Shown piece after piece: positions 29,868 through 40,634 of a DNA stretch of 64,000 bases (its first letter is position 1; each line of letters opens with the position of its first letter). The position numbers and the translations under genes were made by a program. This DNA comes from Kiritimatiellia bacterium (lineage in GTDB: Bacteria; Verrucomicrobiota; Kiritimatiellia; RFP12; JBMNHG01), in contig JBMNHG010000002.1 in NCBI GenBank assembly GCA_050950285.1, forward strand, positions 62,001-126,000. Direction: 5' to 3'. The notes beneath the pieces are model-generated. The model was not told the origin of the DNA. It saw only the letters and a list, made by a program, of their open reading frames with translations, and made no database searches.

Positions 29868-31925
29868 CTAGCGGCGGACGGTTCCGGAACGCCGTTCCCG
29901 AGGCGGCGCGGGTGCCGTCATCCCGAGTCGCAGCACGGGCAGGATCTCCTGCTCGAGGGTTGCATCGAGGTCGAAGAGCACGAAGCCCGGCAGCCCCGCC
30001 CCTCGCGCCAGGTTGACCTGCCCGATCACGGCGGAGGCGTCGAGGCGGCTTTCCTCCGCCGTCACGCCGACGCCCGAAAGCGTACGGTTCCGCAGACGCG
30101 AATTGCGCGACTGGTTCGCCAGCAGCGTCCCCAGCAGGCCCATGTCCTCGGTATAGTTCATCGGTATCGCGTAGTCGATCAACCCCAGTTCGATCCAGCG
30201 CTCCCAGTCCTGTCCCACCGCTTCGACACAGGACGGATGCTTCCCGAAAACCGCCGCCGTGAGCCATGTCCCCGGGGACTCCTTGCGGAGCTGCGTCCGA
30301 ACGCCGGCGACCAGCGCCGTGACCTGGCGGGTTCGCCAGGCCATGAATTCCCGTCGCGCGGCGCCGCCCTGCTCCACCGAAAGCGGCCAGACGGAAATCG
30401 CCTTCCCGCGTGCCGCCTCGAAGGCGGAACGGCTGTGCGCGCCCAGCGCGGAGGGGAAATCGGGATACCGCACGAAATCGAGGTGCAGCCCGTCGACGGG
30501 ATAGCGACGCACGATGTCCGCATAAGCCGCCACGAGGTGCGCACGGGCCTCGGGATTGCCGGGGTCGATCCAGAGACGTTCCTTTCCGGCGGCGTCCCGG
30601 AGGATCCATCCCCTCCCCCGGAGATCGGCCAGATACGCGGGGGAGGAGGACTCCAGGCTGTAGGCCAAGACCCACGCATGGACCCGGATGCCCAGTGGAT
30701 GCGCCGCCGCGAGGCAGTCCGCCAGCGTGTCCACGCCGGACAGGAGCAGGGGCGACGGCGGGATGCCGTTCGCCCGGCAATGGGATTGCCCCGCGCCCCC
30801 GACATTCACGAACAGGTCGGTCATGCCCGACCGGTGCAGCATCCGGCAGGTCTTGGGCCAGTCGCCGGGATAGAGGCCTTGCCCCGAATAATCCCACACG
30901 CCGCGGATCTCCCCCCCGCGCGGAAGCTGCGCGCAGCCGTGGATGCGGAGGAGCAGGTTCCGCCAGTCTTCCGCGACCGACCAGGCCTCCGCCGCATTCC
31001 CTTCCTCCAGAAGCGACTTGGCGGAGGCCTCCAGCTCCGCGGCGAGCCGCGCCGTGGCCTGCGCCTCCCGGCGCCGCTCCGGATCGACGATGGCATCGGC
31101 CGCACGGAAGGCGCCCGCCGTGCCGTGGAAGGGGGGCATCGCGGAAATCGCGGCGAGCCGCTCGGACGCGGCGACCTGCCACAACGACGGGTCGCAGGCC
31201 GCAAAGAGCGCGAGAAGAAGCTGCCCCTTCGCACGGGCGTCGCCATCCGCAAGGAGCACGTGCGTCATCCAATACCCTGCGGGCGTTTCGACCCACGCGG
31301 CCTCGCCGGAGCGTTGTCCCTCCCGATCCTCCCACCACGCCAGGACGCGCGAGGCGCGGGAGCGCGGGACGACCGGAAACAGGTTGGGCGAACTTTGCCG
31401 GATGACCTCGGGGACGTTCACGGGGCGGTCCGCCCGAAAGCGCATCTGCGTCCATCGGCCCCCCGCCGGGTCGCGAACGTACGACCCGAGGGAAACGTCC
31501 ATCAGGGAGGCCAGCTCGGGAGACGACGAATAGCAGACGACCAGTCTCCCGCCGCCTGCCACGAAGGCGCGGAGCGCCTGGATCGGAGCGGCGTGGACGG
31601 GGTTGCAGCAGACCAGCATCGCGATCCGGCGCCCCTCCAGGGAATCCGCAAGCCGGCGGTCGTCAACCAGGTCGGCCGCCAGCCCCGCATCGCGCAGCCA
31701 GCGGACCGCATGCCGCGAAAGCGACCTCGCGAACGCGCGCTCCCCCTCGCCCGGAAGCGAGTCGTGGCCCGTCACGATCACGGGACGCGGGGCCTCCACG
31801 CTCGAAGCCGATGCTGCCGGAGCCGCGAAAGCGGTCAAAAGAAAAGCACACGCTCCCCACGACAACGCCTTGCGGGCGAGGGGCAACCTGGGGAAGGACG
31901 GGGTTCGAAGTGGAGTCGGGTTCAC
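29868..31925 (-). CDS. Secreted glycoside hydrolase-like protein (GHL10/DUF187 family) with N-terminal GATase-like domain
   Basis: EIRGVW, AHPLGIRVHAW, WIDPGNPEAR, RYPVDGLHLDFVRYP, GQDW..W...GLIDY..PMNY. Start is approximate. Confidence 0.82.
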   Translation of the reverse strand: MNPTPLRTPSFPRLPLARKALSWGACAFLLTAFAAPAASASSVEAPRPVIVTGHDSLPGEGERAFARSLSRHAVRWLRDAGLAADLVDDRRLADSLEGRRIAMLVCCNPVHAAPIQALRAFVAGGGRLVVCYSSSPELASLMDVSLGSYVRDPAGGRWTQMRFRADRPVNVPEVIRQSSPNLFPVVPRSRASRVLAWWEDREGQRSGEAAWVETPAGYWMTHVLLADGDARAKGQLLLALFAACDPSLWQVAASERLAAISAMPPFHGTAGAFRAADAIVDPERRREAQATARLAAELEASAKSLLEEGNAAEAWSVAEDWRNLLLRIHGCAQLPRGGEIRGVWDYSGQGLYPGDWPKTCRMLHRSGMTDLFVNVGGAGQSHCRANGIPPSPLLLSGVDTLADCLAAAHPLGIRVHAWVLAYSLESSSPAYLADLRGRGWILRDAAGKERLWIDPGNPEARAHLVAAYADIVRRYPVDGLHLDFVRYPDFPSALGAHSRSAFEAARGKAISVWPLSVEQGGAARREFMAWRTRQVTALVAGVRTQLRKESPGTWLTAAVFGKHPSCVEAVGQDWERWIELGLIDYAIPMNYTEDMGLLGTLLANQSRNSRLRNRTLSGVGVTAEESRLDASAVIGQVNLARGAGLPGFVLFDLDATLEQEILPVLRLGMTAPAPPRERRSGTVRR

Positions 31926-32229
31926 GTCGTCGCTCGCGAAAAAAAAGCGGTTCGCCCTCCGGAACGCGGACGGCTTCCGCCGCCCTCCCCGGGGCTCTGG
32001 AAGCGTCTCCACGGGGCGCGCGCGGGAGGCGAATGGATGGAGGAACGGTAGCGGAAGGGGCCACCAGACGTCAAACACATTGGTCCGATGCGGATGGATT
32101 CGCGTCGCCGTAAGGAAGACGGGCGGAATCGGGGTGCATCCACAGGGGACATGACCCCGGCCGAAATCGGTGCACCCGGCGGACGCTGTTTTTTGGCATG
32201 GAATCCCGAAGACATGCTATACTTGGAGG

Positions 32230-33024
32230 ATGAATTCGATTGCCACACCCAAACGCGGCGTCATTTGCGACATGGACGGCGTGCTGTACCATGGGAACCA
32301 CCTTCTCCCTGGAGCCCGCGAATTCATCGAATGGCTCGAGGCGGAGGGGATGCGGTTTCTCTTCCTCACGAACAGCAGCGAACGCTCGCCCCGCGAATTG
32401 AGCGAGAAGCTGCACCGCCTCGGTCTCGACGTGGCCGAAGAGCACTTCCTCACCAGCGCGATGGCCACCGCGAGCTTTCTTGCCTCGCAGCGGCCCGGGG
32501 GAACGGCCTATGTGATCGGGCAGCCGGCGCTCATCAACGCCATCTACGAGGCCGGGTACTCCATGAACGAAGTCAACCCCGATTACGTGGTGGTGGGCGA
32601 GACGCCTTCGTACACCTACGCTTCGATGAAGAAGGCCGTGAACCTCCTGCTGGGCGGCGCGCGCCTGATCGGCACCAATCCCGACGTGACGGGACCGGTG
32701 GAAAACGGCATCGTGCCCGCCTGCGGCTCGCTCGTCGCCCCCATCGAGATGGCCGCCGGCGTCAAGGCCTACTTCGTCGGCAAGCCCAACCCCATCATCA
32801 TGCGGGCGGGATTGCAGCTTCTGGGATGCCGCCGCGAAGAGACGCTGGTGGTGGGCGATCGCATGGATACCGACATCGTGGCCGGCGTGGAGTCCGGAAT
32901 CGAAACCGTGCTTGTGCTTTCGGGGGTCACCTCCGAATCCGACGTCCGACACTTCGGCTACGGACCCTCCCGCATCGTTCCCGGCATCGGCGACGTCCCC
33001 TCGCTGGTGACCGTCGCAAAGTGA
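32230..33024 (+). CDS. HAD-IIA family hydrolase (NagD-like)
   Basis: DMDGVL, LTNSS, GTNPD, VGKPNP, VGDRMDTDI..G. Confidence 0.93.
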   Translation: MNSIATPKRGVICDMDGVLYHGNHLLPGAREFIEWLEAEGMRFLFLTNSSERSPRELSEKLHRLGLDVAEEHFLTSAMATASFLASQRPGGTAYVIGQPALINAIYEAGYSMNEVNPDYVVVGETPSYTYASMKKAVNLLLGGARLIGTNPDVTGPVENGIVPACGSLVAPIEMAAGVKAYFVGKPNPIIMRAGLQLLGCRREETLVVGDRMDTDIVAGVESGIETVLVLSGVTSESDVRHFGYGPSRIVPGIGDVPSLVTVAK

Positions 33025-33070
33025 GTCCTCGTCTTTCCCGTCGTTGCCGGCCACCCTCCTTCCTCCCGTC

Positions 33071-35971
33071 ATGAACACCCCACTGGACACGCAGGCGTCG
33101 GACCATAAGGCCGACAACGCGCGAAGCGGCGCAACCGTCCGCCTGGAACCTCCTGCGCCTCCGTCCGCGGAGGGCATCGAGGAAAGCGTGATGATCGAAG
33201 GGCTGCTCTCGCAGTATTCGATCGTGGACAAGGTCGGCGATGGCGGCATGGGCGTGGTCTACCTCGCGCGGGACCGCAAGCTCGGCCGCTTCGTGGCGAT
33301 CAAGCGGCTCACTTCGGCGATGCAGACGGTGCCCGCCGTGCGCCGCCGTTTCCTGCACGAGGCGAAGGCGGTCGCCGCGCTCAACCACATCCACATCGTG
33401 CACGTCTACGGCCTCGGCGAGGACGAGGATGGCCCGTACATCGTGATGGAGTACGTGGCCGGTCCCGCCGCGCCGACCTACGAAGACCGTCCGAGCCCGG
33501 CGCTCTCGCTCGAACAGCACGTGGAGGCGTCCGGCCAGATGTCGGTGAACGACGCGATCGACCTCCTCCTCAAGATCGGCAAAGCCATCTCCTACGCCCA
33601 CTCCCGCGGGGTCATCCATCGCGACCTCAAGCCCAGCAACATCCTGCTCGATCCGCAGGGCGAACCCAAGGTGGTGGATTTCGGCCTGGCCCGCCTGAAA
33701 ACCGGGGAGGAGAGCCACCTCACCGTTCCGGGCGAAAAGCTGCTCTCGCTGGGCTACGGAGCACCCGAACAGGAGCAGGACGCCAGCGTCTCCGACGAGC
33801 GCGCCGACGTCTACGGTCTCGGGGCGCTGCTCTATTTTGCCATTACCGGCCGGAATCCCCGGTATTTCCGCGAGCAGGACATCCCGGTGGCCTTGCGCGA
33901 AGTGCTCGTGAAGGCTCTTGCGACCGACCGTGAACGCCGCTGGTCTACCGCCGCGGAATTCACCGAGGCGCTCGCCGCCGTGCAATCGCGCACCCGCATC
34001 GAAGTGCCCACGGTGAAGACCACCTGGCGCTGCAAATGGTGCGACACCGTGAACCCCTTCACCATCCGCTACTGCGCCGAATGCGGCTGGGACGGCGGCG
34101 AAACCTGCCCCGAATGCAGGGTCGATTCCTTCTTCGGCGTGCAGTACTGCTCTTCCTGCGGGGCGGACACCCGTGCCTACGAAAGCGAAATCGGGCTGAT
34201 CCGCCGCGCACAGGCGAACTTCGACGCCTGCAATTTCGAAAAGGCGCTCGCCTATTCCACGCGGGCCCAAAGCTTCGAACCCGCCGGGCCCACGGGGCGG
34301 AAGCTGGTGAAATCCGCGCAGGAACTGTGCACCCGCTGCGAGCGCGCCATCGCCCGGCGCGACGCATTGCGCGACCTCGTCGCCCAGGAGACGCGCGCCG
34401 AGAACTACGAACGGGCCCAGACGTTCATCCTCGAGCTCCGCAAGCTGAGCGCGGACAACGGGCTTTTCGCGGTGGAAGAGCGGCAGATCCCGAAACTCAT
34501 CGTCCAGCGCGACCTCGCGCGCGCCCGGCGGGCGATCGGCGACGGCGACTGGCGCACCGCGGCACGGCTCGTGGAAAAGATTCTCCACGACTTCGACGCC
34601 AACGACCCGGAAGCCCGCTCCCTCCTCCGCCGGATTCGCCGCCATCGCGTCGCCCGGGCAGCCCTCTCCTGGGGCGCGCTGGTGTTCGTCCTCTTCCTCG
34701 CGTACGTCCTGACCCCCGCGGCGATCGTCGCCCCCGGGCGCTCCCTCCCCCGCGGCATCGCGGCCGTCTTCCGCCCCGTCGCCGCGATGCAGGCATCGGG
34801 TCCGCTTTCCACCCCGCTTCGCCTCTATGCGTCGTGGCTCGGCGTGGACGATCTGGGCGCGGCGCTCGCCGCGGCCTCCGTCAAGCCGGATGCACCCCCC
34901 ATCGCCTCGGCGGACGACTCGGGAATGCCCGGAGAGCTTCGCACCCTCCACGACGATTTCCAGCGCCAGCTCGCCGGACTCAAGAGCGACCAGGGGCGCT
35001 TCGCGGAGTCATGGCCCGCCGAATACCAGCGGGAGCTGGACGCCCTGGCCGAGCGCCGCCAGGCCGCAGGCGACTACCAGCCGCTGATGAGCACCCTCGC
35101 CGAACGGAAGCACTTCGACGAACACCAGGACATCGGCGACCCGTCGCCGAACGACTTCCCCGAGCTCGCGGCACTGAAGCAGCAGTTCCGCCTGCTTCGC
35201 GCCAGTTCGCGCGTGGACTACTCGCGACGACTCGTCAGCCTCGGCACGAAGTACCAGAACGAACTGGCCGCCCTGCTCAAGACCTTCACGATGGACAATC
35301 GCATCGCCGACGCAGGCCTCGTGAACCAGGAGATCCTCCGGTTGCAGCAGGATCCCGATCTCATCGGCGCCAAGGCCGTCGTGGCCGACTACGTCCCGCC
35401 CGGCGGGGACGAACCCGCCACCGTGCTCCCCATCGCGTCCGTCACCATCGCCACAACCCCTGCGGCCGAGGAACTCGACTCCCTGCGCAAGCAATTCGAA
35501 TCGCAGCTGGCCGGCCTCGGCGCCGATTTCGCCCACAACCTGGAGCTCTGGCCGCAGCAATACATGCTGGCGCTCCGCAACATCCTGGCGGACTACCGCG
35601 CCAAGGGCGACTACAACGGTTCCATCGCCGTCAAAAACGAAATCGACCGCTTCGAGTTCTACGGCTCCATCCGCGAACGCGATTCCGTGGGCCTCCCCGA
35701 CGATGTCGTCGCCCTCCAGATCCAGTTCCTCCAGCAATACCACCAGTATCAGGTCGACCACGCGCACGCCGTGGTCGATCTCGCGGAGCGGCACCTCGCC
35801 GTTCTCAAGCAGAAACAGGCCGAGTATGTGAAGGCGGACGACATGGATTCCGCCGGACAAGTCGAGGCCGAAATCCGCCAGGTCCGCGCACGGCAGGAAC
35901 TCGCCGAGGCCAACCAGGTGCTCCACCCGGCGCCGGAAGAGGCGATCGAAGCCATCGACCCCCAGCCCTGA
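33071..35971 (+). CDS. Hanks-type Ser/Thr protein kinase with double zinc ribbon, TM segment and duplicated helical C-terminal region
   Basis: GDGGMGVVY, VAIK, HRDLKPSNIL, DFGLAR, APE, DVYGLG; four CxxC pairs; TM WGALVFVLFLAYVL. Confidence 0.92.
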   Translation: MNTPLDTQASDHKADNARSGATVRLEPPAPPSAEGIEESVMIEGLLSQYSIVDKVGDGGMGVVYLARDRKLGRFVAIKRLTSAMQTVPAVRRRFLHEAKAVAALNHIHIVHVYGLGEDEDGPYIVMEYVAGPAAPTYEDRPSPALSLEQHVEASGQMSVNDAIDLLLKIGKAISYAHSRGVIHRDLKPSNILLDPQGEPKVVDFGLARLKTGEESHLTVPGEKLLSLGYGAPEQEQDASVSDERADVYGLGALLYFAITGRNPRYFREQDIPVALREVLVKALATDRERRWSTAAEFTEALAAVQSRTRIEVPTVKTTWRCKWCDTVNPFTIRYCAECGWDGGETCPECRVDSFFGVQYCSSCGADTRAYESEIGLIRRAQANFDACNFEKALAYSTRAQSFEPAGPTGRKLVKSAQELCTRCERAIARRDALRDLVAQETRAENYERAQTFILELRKLSADNGLFAVEERQIPKLIVQRDLARARRAIGDGDWRTAARLVEKILHDFDANDPEARSLLRRIRRHRVARAALSWGALVFVLFLAYVLTPAAIVAPGRSLPRGIAAVFRPVAAMQASGPLSTPLRLYASWLGVDDLGAALAAASVKPDAPPIASADDSGMPGELRTLHDDFQRQLAGLKSDQGRFAESWPAEYQRELDALAERRQAAGDYQPLMSTLAERKHFDEHQDIGDPSPNDFPELAALKQQFRLLRASSRVDYSRRLVSLGTKYQNELAALLKTFTMDNRIADAGLVNQEILRLQQDPDLIGAKAVVADYVPPGGDEPATVLPIASVTIATTPAAEELDSLRKQFESQLAGLGADFAHNLELWPQQYMLALRNILADYRAKGDYNGSIAVKNEIDRFEFYGSIRERDSVGLPDDVVALQIQFLQQYHQYQVDHAHAVVDLAERHLAVLKQKQAEYVKADDMDSAGQVEAEIRQVRARQELAEANQVLHPAPEEAIEAIDPQP

Positions 35972-35981
35972 GGATCCCGCC

Positions 35982-37076
35982 ATGCCGACCCCCTCCCTCA
36001 TGCCCTTGGATCGAATCCCGGACTGGGACCGGCGCCTCGCACGGCAGGATGCCTTCTGGGACCACGCCGTGCTCGACCGCCCGATGGTCTCGATGTCCGC
36101 ACCCAAGAAGAGCGGCCTCGTCCCCTGGCCTGCGCCGAAAGCCTGGCCCTCCCTGCGCGACCGCTGGTTCGACGCCGGATATTGCGCCGAGTGCGCCGTG
36201 GCCAGAACGCTGAACACCAACTTCTGGGGAGACGCCCTCCCCTGCGCCTGGCCCAACCTCGGCCCCGAAGTCATCAGCGCCTTCCTGGGCTCCGAACTCG
36301 AATACGGCGAGTCCACCGCCTGGTCCATCCCCATGCCGGACGACTGGGACGAGGTCTTCGCACGCGTCCGGTTCGACGAAGCCAACCCCTACTGGCAGGC
36401 CGTCCGGACGATGACCGACGCCCTGCTCGAACGCGGCCGGGGCCTCTACTACGTGGGCATCACCGACTGCCATCCCGGCGGAGACGCCATCGCCGCATTC
36501 CGCGACCCCATGCAGCTGAACATCGACCTGCTCGAATCGCCGGACGAGGTCAAGCGGCTCCTCCGCCGGACGGCTTCGCTCTACCTGGACCTCTTCGAGC
36601 GCATGTGGACCTACCTCCAAGCGCATCGCCAGGCCTGCTGCACCTGGTGCGGCATCGTCGGTTCGCGGAAGTGGTACGTTCCCTCGAACGACTTCTCCTG
36701 CATGATTTCGAAGGAGATGTTCGACGAATTCTTCCTTCCCGGCATCGCGGAGGAATGCCGCTTCTACGGCCGTTCGGTCTACCACCTCGACGGTCCCGGC
36801 GCCCTCCGCCATCTGCCAAGCCTGCTCTCCATCCCCGAACTGAACGCCATCCAGTGGGTCCCGGGCGAGGGCCATGGCCCCCTCACCGACTGGATTCCCG
36901 TGTACAAGCAATGCCAGGCCGCAGGCAAAGGCATCCAGCTCTTCAACATCGGCCTCGACGAACTCGAAACCGTCTTCTCCGAACTCCGCCCCGAAGGCGT
37001 CTGGCTCGCCGTGGGCGGCGTCGAGGACGAAGAAACCGCCCAGGCCGTGATCCGGCGCGTCTCGACGTGGAAGTAA
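35982..37076 (+). CDS. URO-D/MtaA-like family protein
   Basis: PNLGP, NDFSCMIS.EMF.EF.LP, YHLDGPGA.RHL, IQWVPG.G. Confidence 0.72.
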   Translation: MPTPSLMPLDRIPDWDRRLARQDAFWDHAVLDRPMVSMSAPKKSGLVPWPAPKAWPSLRDRWFDAGYCAECAVARTLNTNFWGDALPCAWPNLGPEVISAFLGSELEYGESTAWSIPMPDDWDEVFARVRFDEANPYWQAVRTMTDALLERGRGLYYVGITDCHPGGDAIAAFRDPMQLNIDLLESPDEVKRLLRRTASLYLDLFERMWTYLQAHRQACCTWCGIVGSRKWYVPSNDFSCMISKEMFDEFFLPGIAEECRFYGRSVYHLDGPGALRHLPSLLSIPELNAIQWVPGEGHGPLTDWIPVYKQCQAAGKGIQLFNIGLDELETVFSELRPEGVWLAVGGVEDEETAQAVIRRVSTWK

Positions 37077-37100
37077 ACAATCCCAACCCCACCCATCCTC

Positions 37101-38360
37101 ATGTCGACTCCCATGAACAACAACGAACCCATCGACACCCTTTCCGACTGGTACTGCGGCATCGACGGCCGGCGCATCGGCCCGATGCACCTGGACGGCC
37201 TGCGCGCGCTCGTCGCCCGCGGCGCCATGCGCCCTTTCGACCTCGTGTGGCATCCGTCCTTCGGCGAAAACTGGCGGAAGGCCATCGACGTGCCGGAGCT
37301 GGAATTCCCTCCTCCCGGCGGCATGCCCCCTCCCCTGCCCTTCCCCAAGCCGGAGCCCGTCCAGGCACCCACGACACCCCTCTGCGGCGTGCAAGGCAAT
37401 CGCCCGTCCGCCGTCGAAACGGGAGCGCGCGCCTGGCGCCGCATGAAGGCGATCCTCTTCCATCCCTTCTCGTTTGTCCGCTGGTGCGGCATCGCGCTGG
37501 CCGCTTTCTTCGCTTCGGTCGGCGGCGGCGGAAGCATCAACATCAAGGGCGACCCCCTCACGCTCGCCCGGCAACTCCAATCCATCCATCTCTCCGAACT
37601 CACCACGCAAGACCTCGTCAACTTCGCCCGCGACGCCCTCAGCACCGACCCCGCCACAGCCATCATCTCCCTCCCTCTTTCCATTGCCTTTTCGCTGCTC
37701 TTCCTGCTGCTCTTCTGCTGGGTGCGCGCGAACGGCACCTTCATGCTGCTGCACAAACTCCATCGCCCCGACGCATTCTGGGGCGAAGCCTGGCGAGTCG
37801 GACGCCCGGGCGGAATCGTAAAATCGCTCTTCCTCTGGCGCGTGGCCATCGGCGCCGTCGTTTCCGTCGCGACACTCCTCGTCATCGGCGGAGGCGCCTT
37901 GTTTGGATACAAGACGATCGGCGGCTCGGACGAACCCCTCGCCTGGCTGTCCCTGATCGTGGCCGTCGGCAGCATCCTGGCGGCCCTGGGCGCGATATAC
38001 TCGTTGGTCCTTTCGCTCACGGACCAGTTCCTCGTACCCATCATGTACTGGCGGCAGGTCGCCGTGCGCAAGGCCTGGAAGACCTTCTGCGAGCTCTGCG
38101 CGCAATACGGAGGCGCCATCGTCCGCTACTACCTTTTGCTTTTCGTGTGGAAAATCGCTGCGGGCTTCGCCTTGCTTGGCATCATGCTGATCACCCTCGG
38201 CGCATACTTCTTCCTGCTGCTCATCCCGTTCGTCAGCGCCCTCGCACTTCTTCCCGTGACGGTCTTCTTCCGCTCGACCGGCATGGAGTTCCTGCGGCAG
38301 TGGCGTCCGGATCTCCTCCCTCCCAACCTCGACAAGGTGGCGCCGGGCCGTACCCGCTAG
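37101..38360 (+). CDS. GYF_2 (DUF4339) domain membrane protein
   Basis: WY...GRRIGP.....L......LVW.....W.....VPEL, then Pro-rich linker and several TM helices. Confidence 0.8.
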   Translation: MSTPMNNNEPIDTLSDWYCGIDGRRIGPMHLDGLRALVARGAMRPFDLVWHPSFGENWRKAIDVPELEFPPPGGMPPPLPFPKPEPVQAPTTPLCGVQGNRPSAVETGARAWRRMKAILFHPFSFVRWCGIALAAFFASVGGGGSINIKGDPLTLARQLQSIHLSELTTQDLVNFARDALSTDPATAIISLPLSIAFSLLFLLLFCWVRANGTFMLLHKLHRPDAFWGEAWRVGRPGGIVKSLFLWRVAIGAVVSVATLLVIGGGALFGYKTIGGSDEPLAWLSLIVAVGSILAALGAIYSLVLSLTDQFLVPIMYWRQVAVRKAWKTFCELCAQYGGAIVRYYLLLFVWKIAAGFALLGIMLITLGAYFFLLLIPFVSALALLPVTVFFRSTGMEFLRQWRPDLLPPNLDKVAPGRTR

Positions 38361-38376
38361 ACCGGAGGCATCGCCC

Positions 38377-39510
38377 ATGGACACACGGATCCCCCGCGAG
38401 CGGATGAGCCCCATCGCCCGCAAGTACCGAGACGCCTACGCCCGCGTCCCGCGCGCCCCGTTCGTCCAGAAGACCTTCGGGCTCTGGATGGCGCTGGACG
38501 CATGGAGGGCCGATGGACTCCCCGACGTCGACCTGGACGAATTCTTCCAGTACGACCCGCCCGGCAAGGTCCATCTCGGCGGGCTGGGATGGTGCGAGGC
38601 GGCCTTCCATCCCGCCTTCGAGACGAAATGCCTCGAGGATCGCGGCGACTACGAACTCGTCCAGGACGGGGCGGGACGCGGCGTGCTGTATTTCAAAGGC
38701 CGGCGCGACGGCTTCATGCCCGAGTACGTGACCCACCCCGTCACCGGTTTCCCCACCTGGGAAAGGGATGTGAAATGGCGGCTTTCACCTTCCGCCCCCG
38801 GCCGTCTGGAGGCGCTGGAAGCCGCCTTGCCCGAAGCCCGCAAAGGCGCGGCGGAAGGGCAGATGGTCACCCAGACCTGCATCGGCGGCTACATGTACCT
38901 CCGAAGCCTCATCGGCCCCGAAGCGCTCCTCTACGCCTTCCACGACCAGCCAGACCTCATCCATGCCTGCATGCGGCAGTGGCTCGAGCTCGCCGAGTTC
39001 GTGTGCGAATTCCACCAGCGCGAATTCACCTTGGACGAGTTCTACATCGGCGAGGACATCTGCTACAACCATGGCCCGCTCATCTCCCCCGCCATGATCC
39101 GCGAGTTCCTCTTCCCCTACTACGGCGAACTCATCCAGGACATCCGGAAACGCCAGCGCGACAAGTCCCGCCACCTCTACATCCAGCTCGACACCGACGG
39201 CGACGCCCGCCCCGTGATCCCGCTCTATCGCGAGCTGGGCTTCGACGTCTTCTCGCCCTTCGAAGTCGCCTCCGGTTGCGACGTGGTGGCCATCGCGAAG
39301 CAATACCCCGGCCTCGTCCTGCAAGGCGGCTTCGACAAGCGCATCCTCGCGGCGGGCCGCGACGCCATCGACCGCGAGGTCGACCGCATCTTCCCCGTCC
39401 TGTACGAGCGCGGCGGCTACATCCCGACCTGCGACCATGGCGTCCCCGCCGAAGTGGACTGGCGCGACTACCTCCACTTCCGCAAGCGGTGCCTGGAGTT
39501 CAACCGCTAG
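38377..39510 (+). CDS. Uroporphyrinogen decarboxylase family protein
   Basis: EDICYNHGPLISP.M.REF..PYY, DTDGD, PFEVASG.D, GGFDK, GGYIPTCDH.VP. Confidence 0.85.
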   Translation: MDTRIPRERMSPIARKYRDAYARVPRAPFVQKTFGLWMALDAWRADGLPDVDLDEFFQYDPPGKVHLGGLGWCEAAFHPAFETKCLEDRGDYELVQDGAGRGVLYFKGRRDGFMPEYVTHPVTGFPTWERDVKWRLSPSAPGRLEALEAALPEARKGAAEGQMVTQTCIGGYMYLRSLIGPEALLYAFHDQPDLIHACMRQWLELAEFVCEFHQREFTLDEFYIGEDICYNHGPLISPAMIREFLFPYYGELIQDIRKRQRDKSRHLYIQLDTDGDARPVIPLYRELGFDVFSPFEVASGCDVVAIAKQYPGLVLQGGFDKRILAAGRDAIDREVDRIFPVLYERGGYIPTCDHGVPAEVDWRDYLHFRKRCLEFNR

Positions 39511-39536
39511 CGCCCCCCCCACCCGTCCCGCCCGTC

Positions 39537-40550
39537 ATGAAGCCATCCGCATCGCATCCGGATCCCCGCATGGAGGAATCGCCTCCTCCCTGCGCGCCGA
39601 TCCTGCTGGTCGGCTTCAACCGCCCCGATTTCCTGCGCGAGCAACTCCGCGCCATCGCGCCCGCGAAACCCGGCCGAGTCTTTCTCGCCGTCGACGGGCC
39701 GCGCCCCGATCGTCCAGGCGAAGCGGCGCGCTGCGAAGCGTCGCGCAACGCCGTCCACGCGATCGATTGGCCCTGCCAGGTCCAAACCCTCTTCCACCCG
39801 GAGAACCTGGGGTGCAAATACGGCCCGCCCGCAGCCATCACCTGGTTCTTCTCCCACGTGGCCGCGGGGATCATCCTCGAGGACGACTGCCGCCCGACCC
39901 TGGACTTCCTGCGCTTCGCCAGCGAGTTGCTTGCGCGGTATGCAGAGGATTCCCGTGTCGGGATGATCTCCGGCAACAACCACTACGGCTTCCAGACCAA
40001 CCCCGTCGATTCCTACCGTTTCTCGCGGGACGTCTCCATCTGGGGATGGGCCTCGTGGCGCCGCGCGTGGGCCGCGTACGAGGTGGAGCCGGAGTGCTAC
40101 CGGGACGAAATCGACGCCCTGCTGGAGCGTTCGATGCAAACGCGGCGGGGCCGCCGCCTGAAGCGCGCCTTTTTCAACCGCGTGCTCGCGACAAAAAACA
40201 CATGGGACATCCAGTGGAACCTGTCGCTCGTGCGGGAGAACCTGCTCGTTGTGGCGCCCCGCGCGAACCTCGTCCGGAATACGGGATTCATCGCGGCGAG
40301 TACGCACACGGGCGGCTTCTGCGCGGATCAGCCGTGCTACGAACGCACCGGAACGCTCGCGTGGCCGCTCGTCCATCCCGCCGAGGTCCGCCTGGACGCG
40401 AAGGCGGACCGTCTCCACGAGCTTCGGGCGACCGGACGGCTCCCGCGCCTCCTCACCGTCCTCGGCACGAAGGGCGGGCGCCCGGGACGCGCCGTCGCGC
40501 GCCTTCTTGCGAAGTGCGAGCCGTACGCCCCCGGGTTGTTCCGCCTCTGA
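39537..40550 (+). CDS. GT-A fold nucleotide-diphospho-sugar transferase
   Basis: FNRPD, VDGPR, NLGC...AITWFF, IILEDD, WGWASWRRAW, NLVRNTGF. Confidence 0.88.
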   Translation: MKPSASHPDPRMEESPPPCAPILLVGFNRPDFLREQLRAIAPAKPGRVFLAVDGPRPDRPGEAARCEASRNAVHAIDWPCQVQTLFHPENLGCKYGPPAAITWFFSHVAAGIILEDDCRPTLDFLRFASELLARYAEDSRVGMISGNNHYGFQTNPVDSYRFSRDVSIWGWASWRRAWAAYEVEPECYRDEIDALLERSMQTRRGRRLKRAFFNRVLATKNTWDIQWNLSLVRENLLVVAPRANLVRNTGFIAASTHTGGFCADQPCYERTGTLAWPLVHPAEVRLDAKADRLHELRATGRLPRLLTVLGTKGGRPGRAVARLLAKCEPYAPGLFRL

Positions 40551-40634
40551 CGCGCCGCCCGGAAGGACTGCGCCGCCACGCGCGGCGCGGCCGCCCGCCC
40601 GCATCAGCCCCGCACCCCGGGGGAAGCGAGCGGA

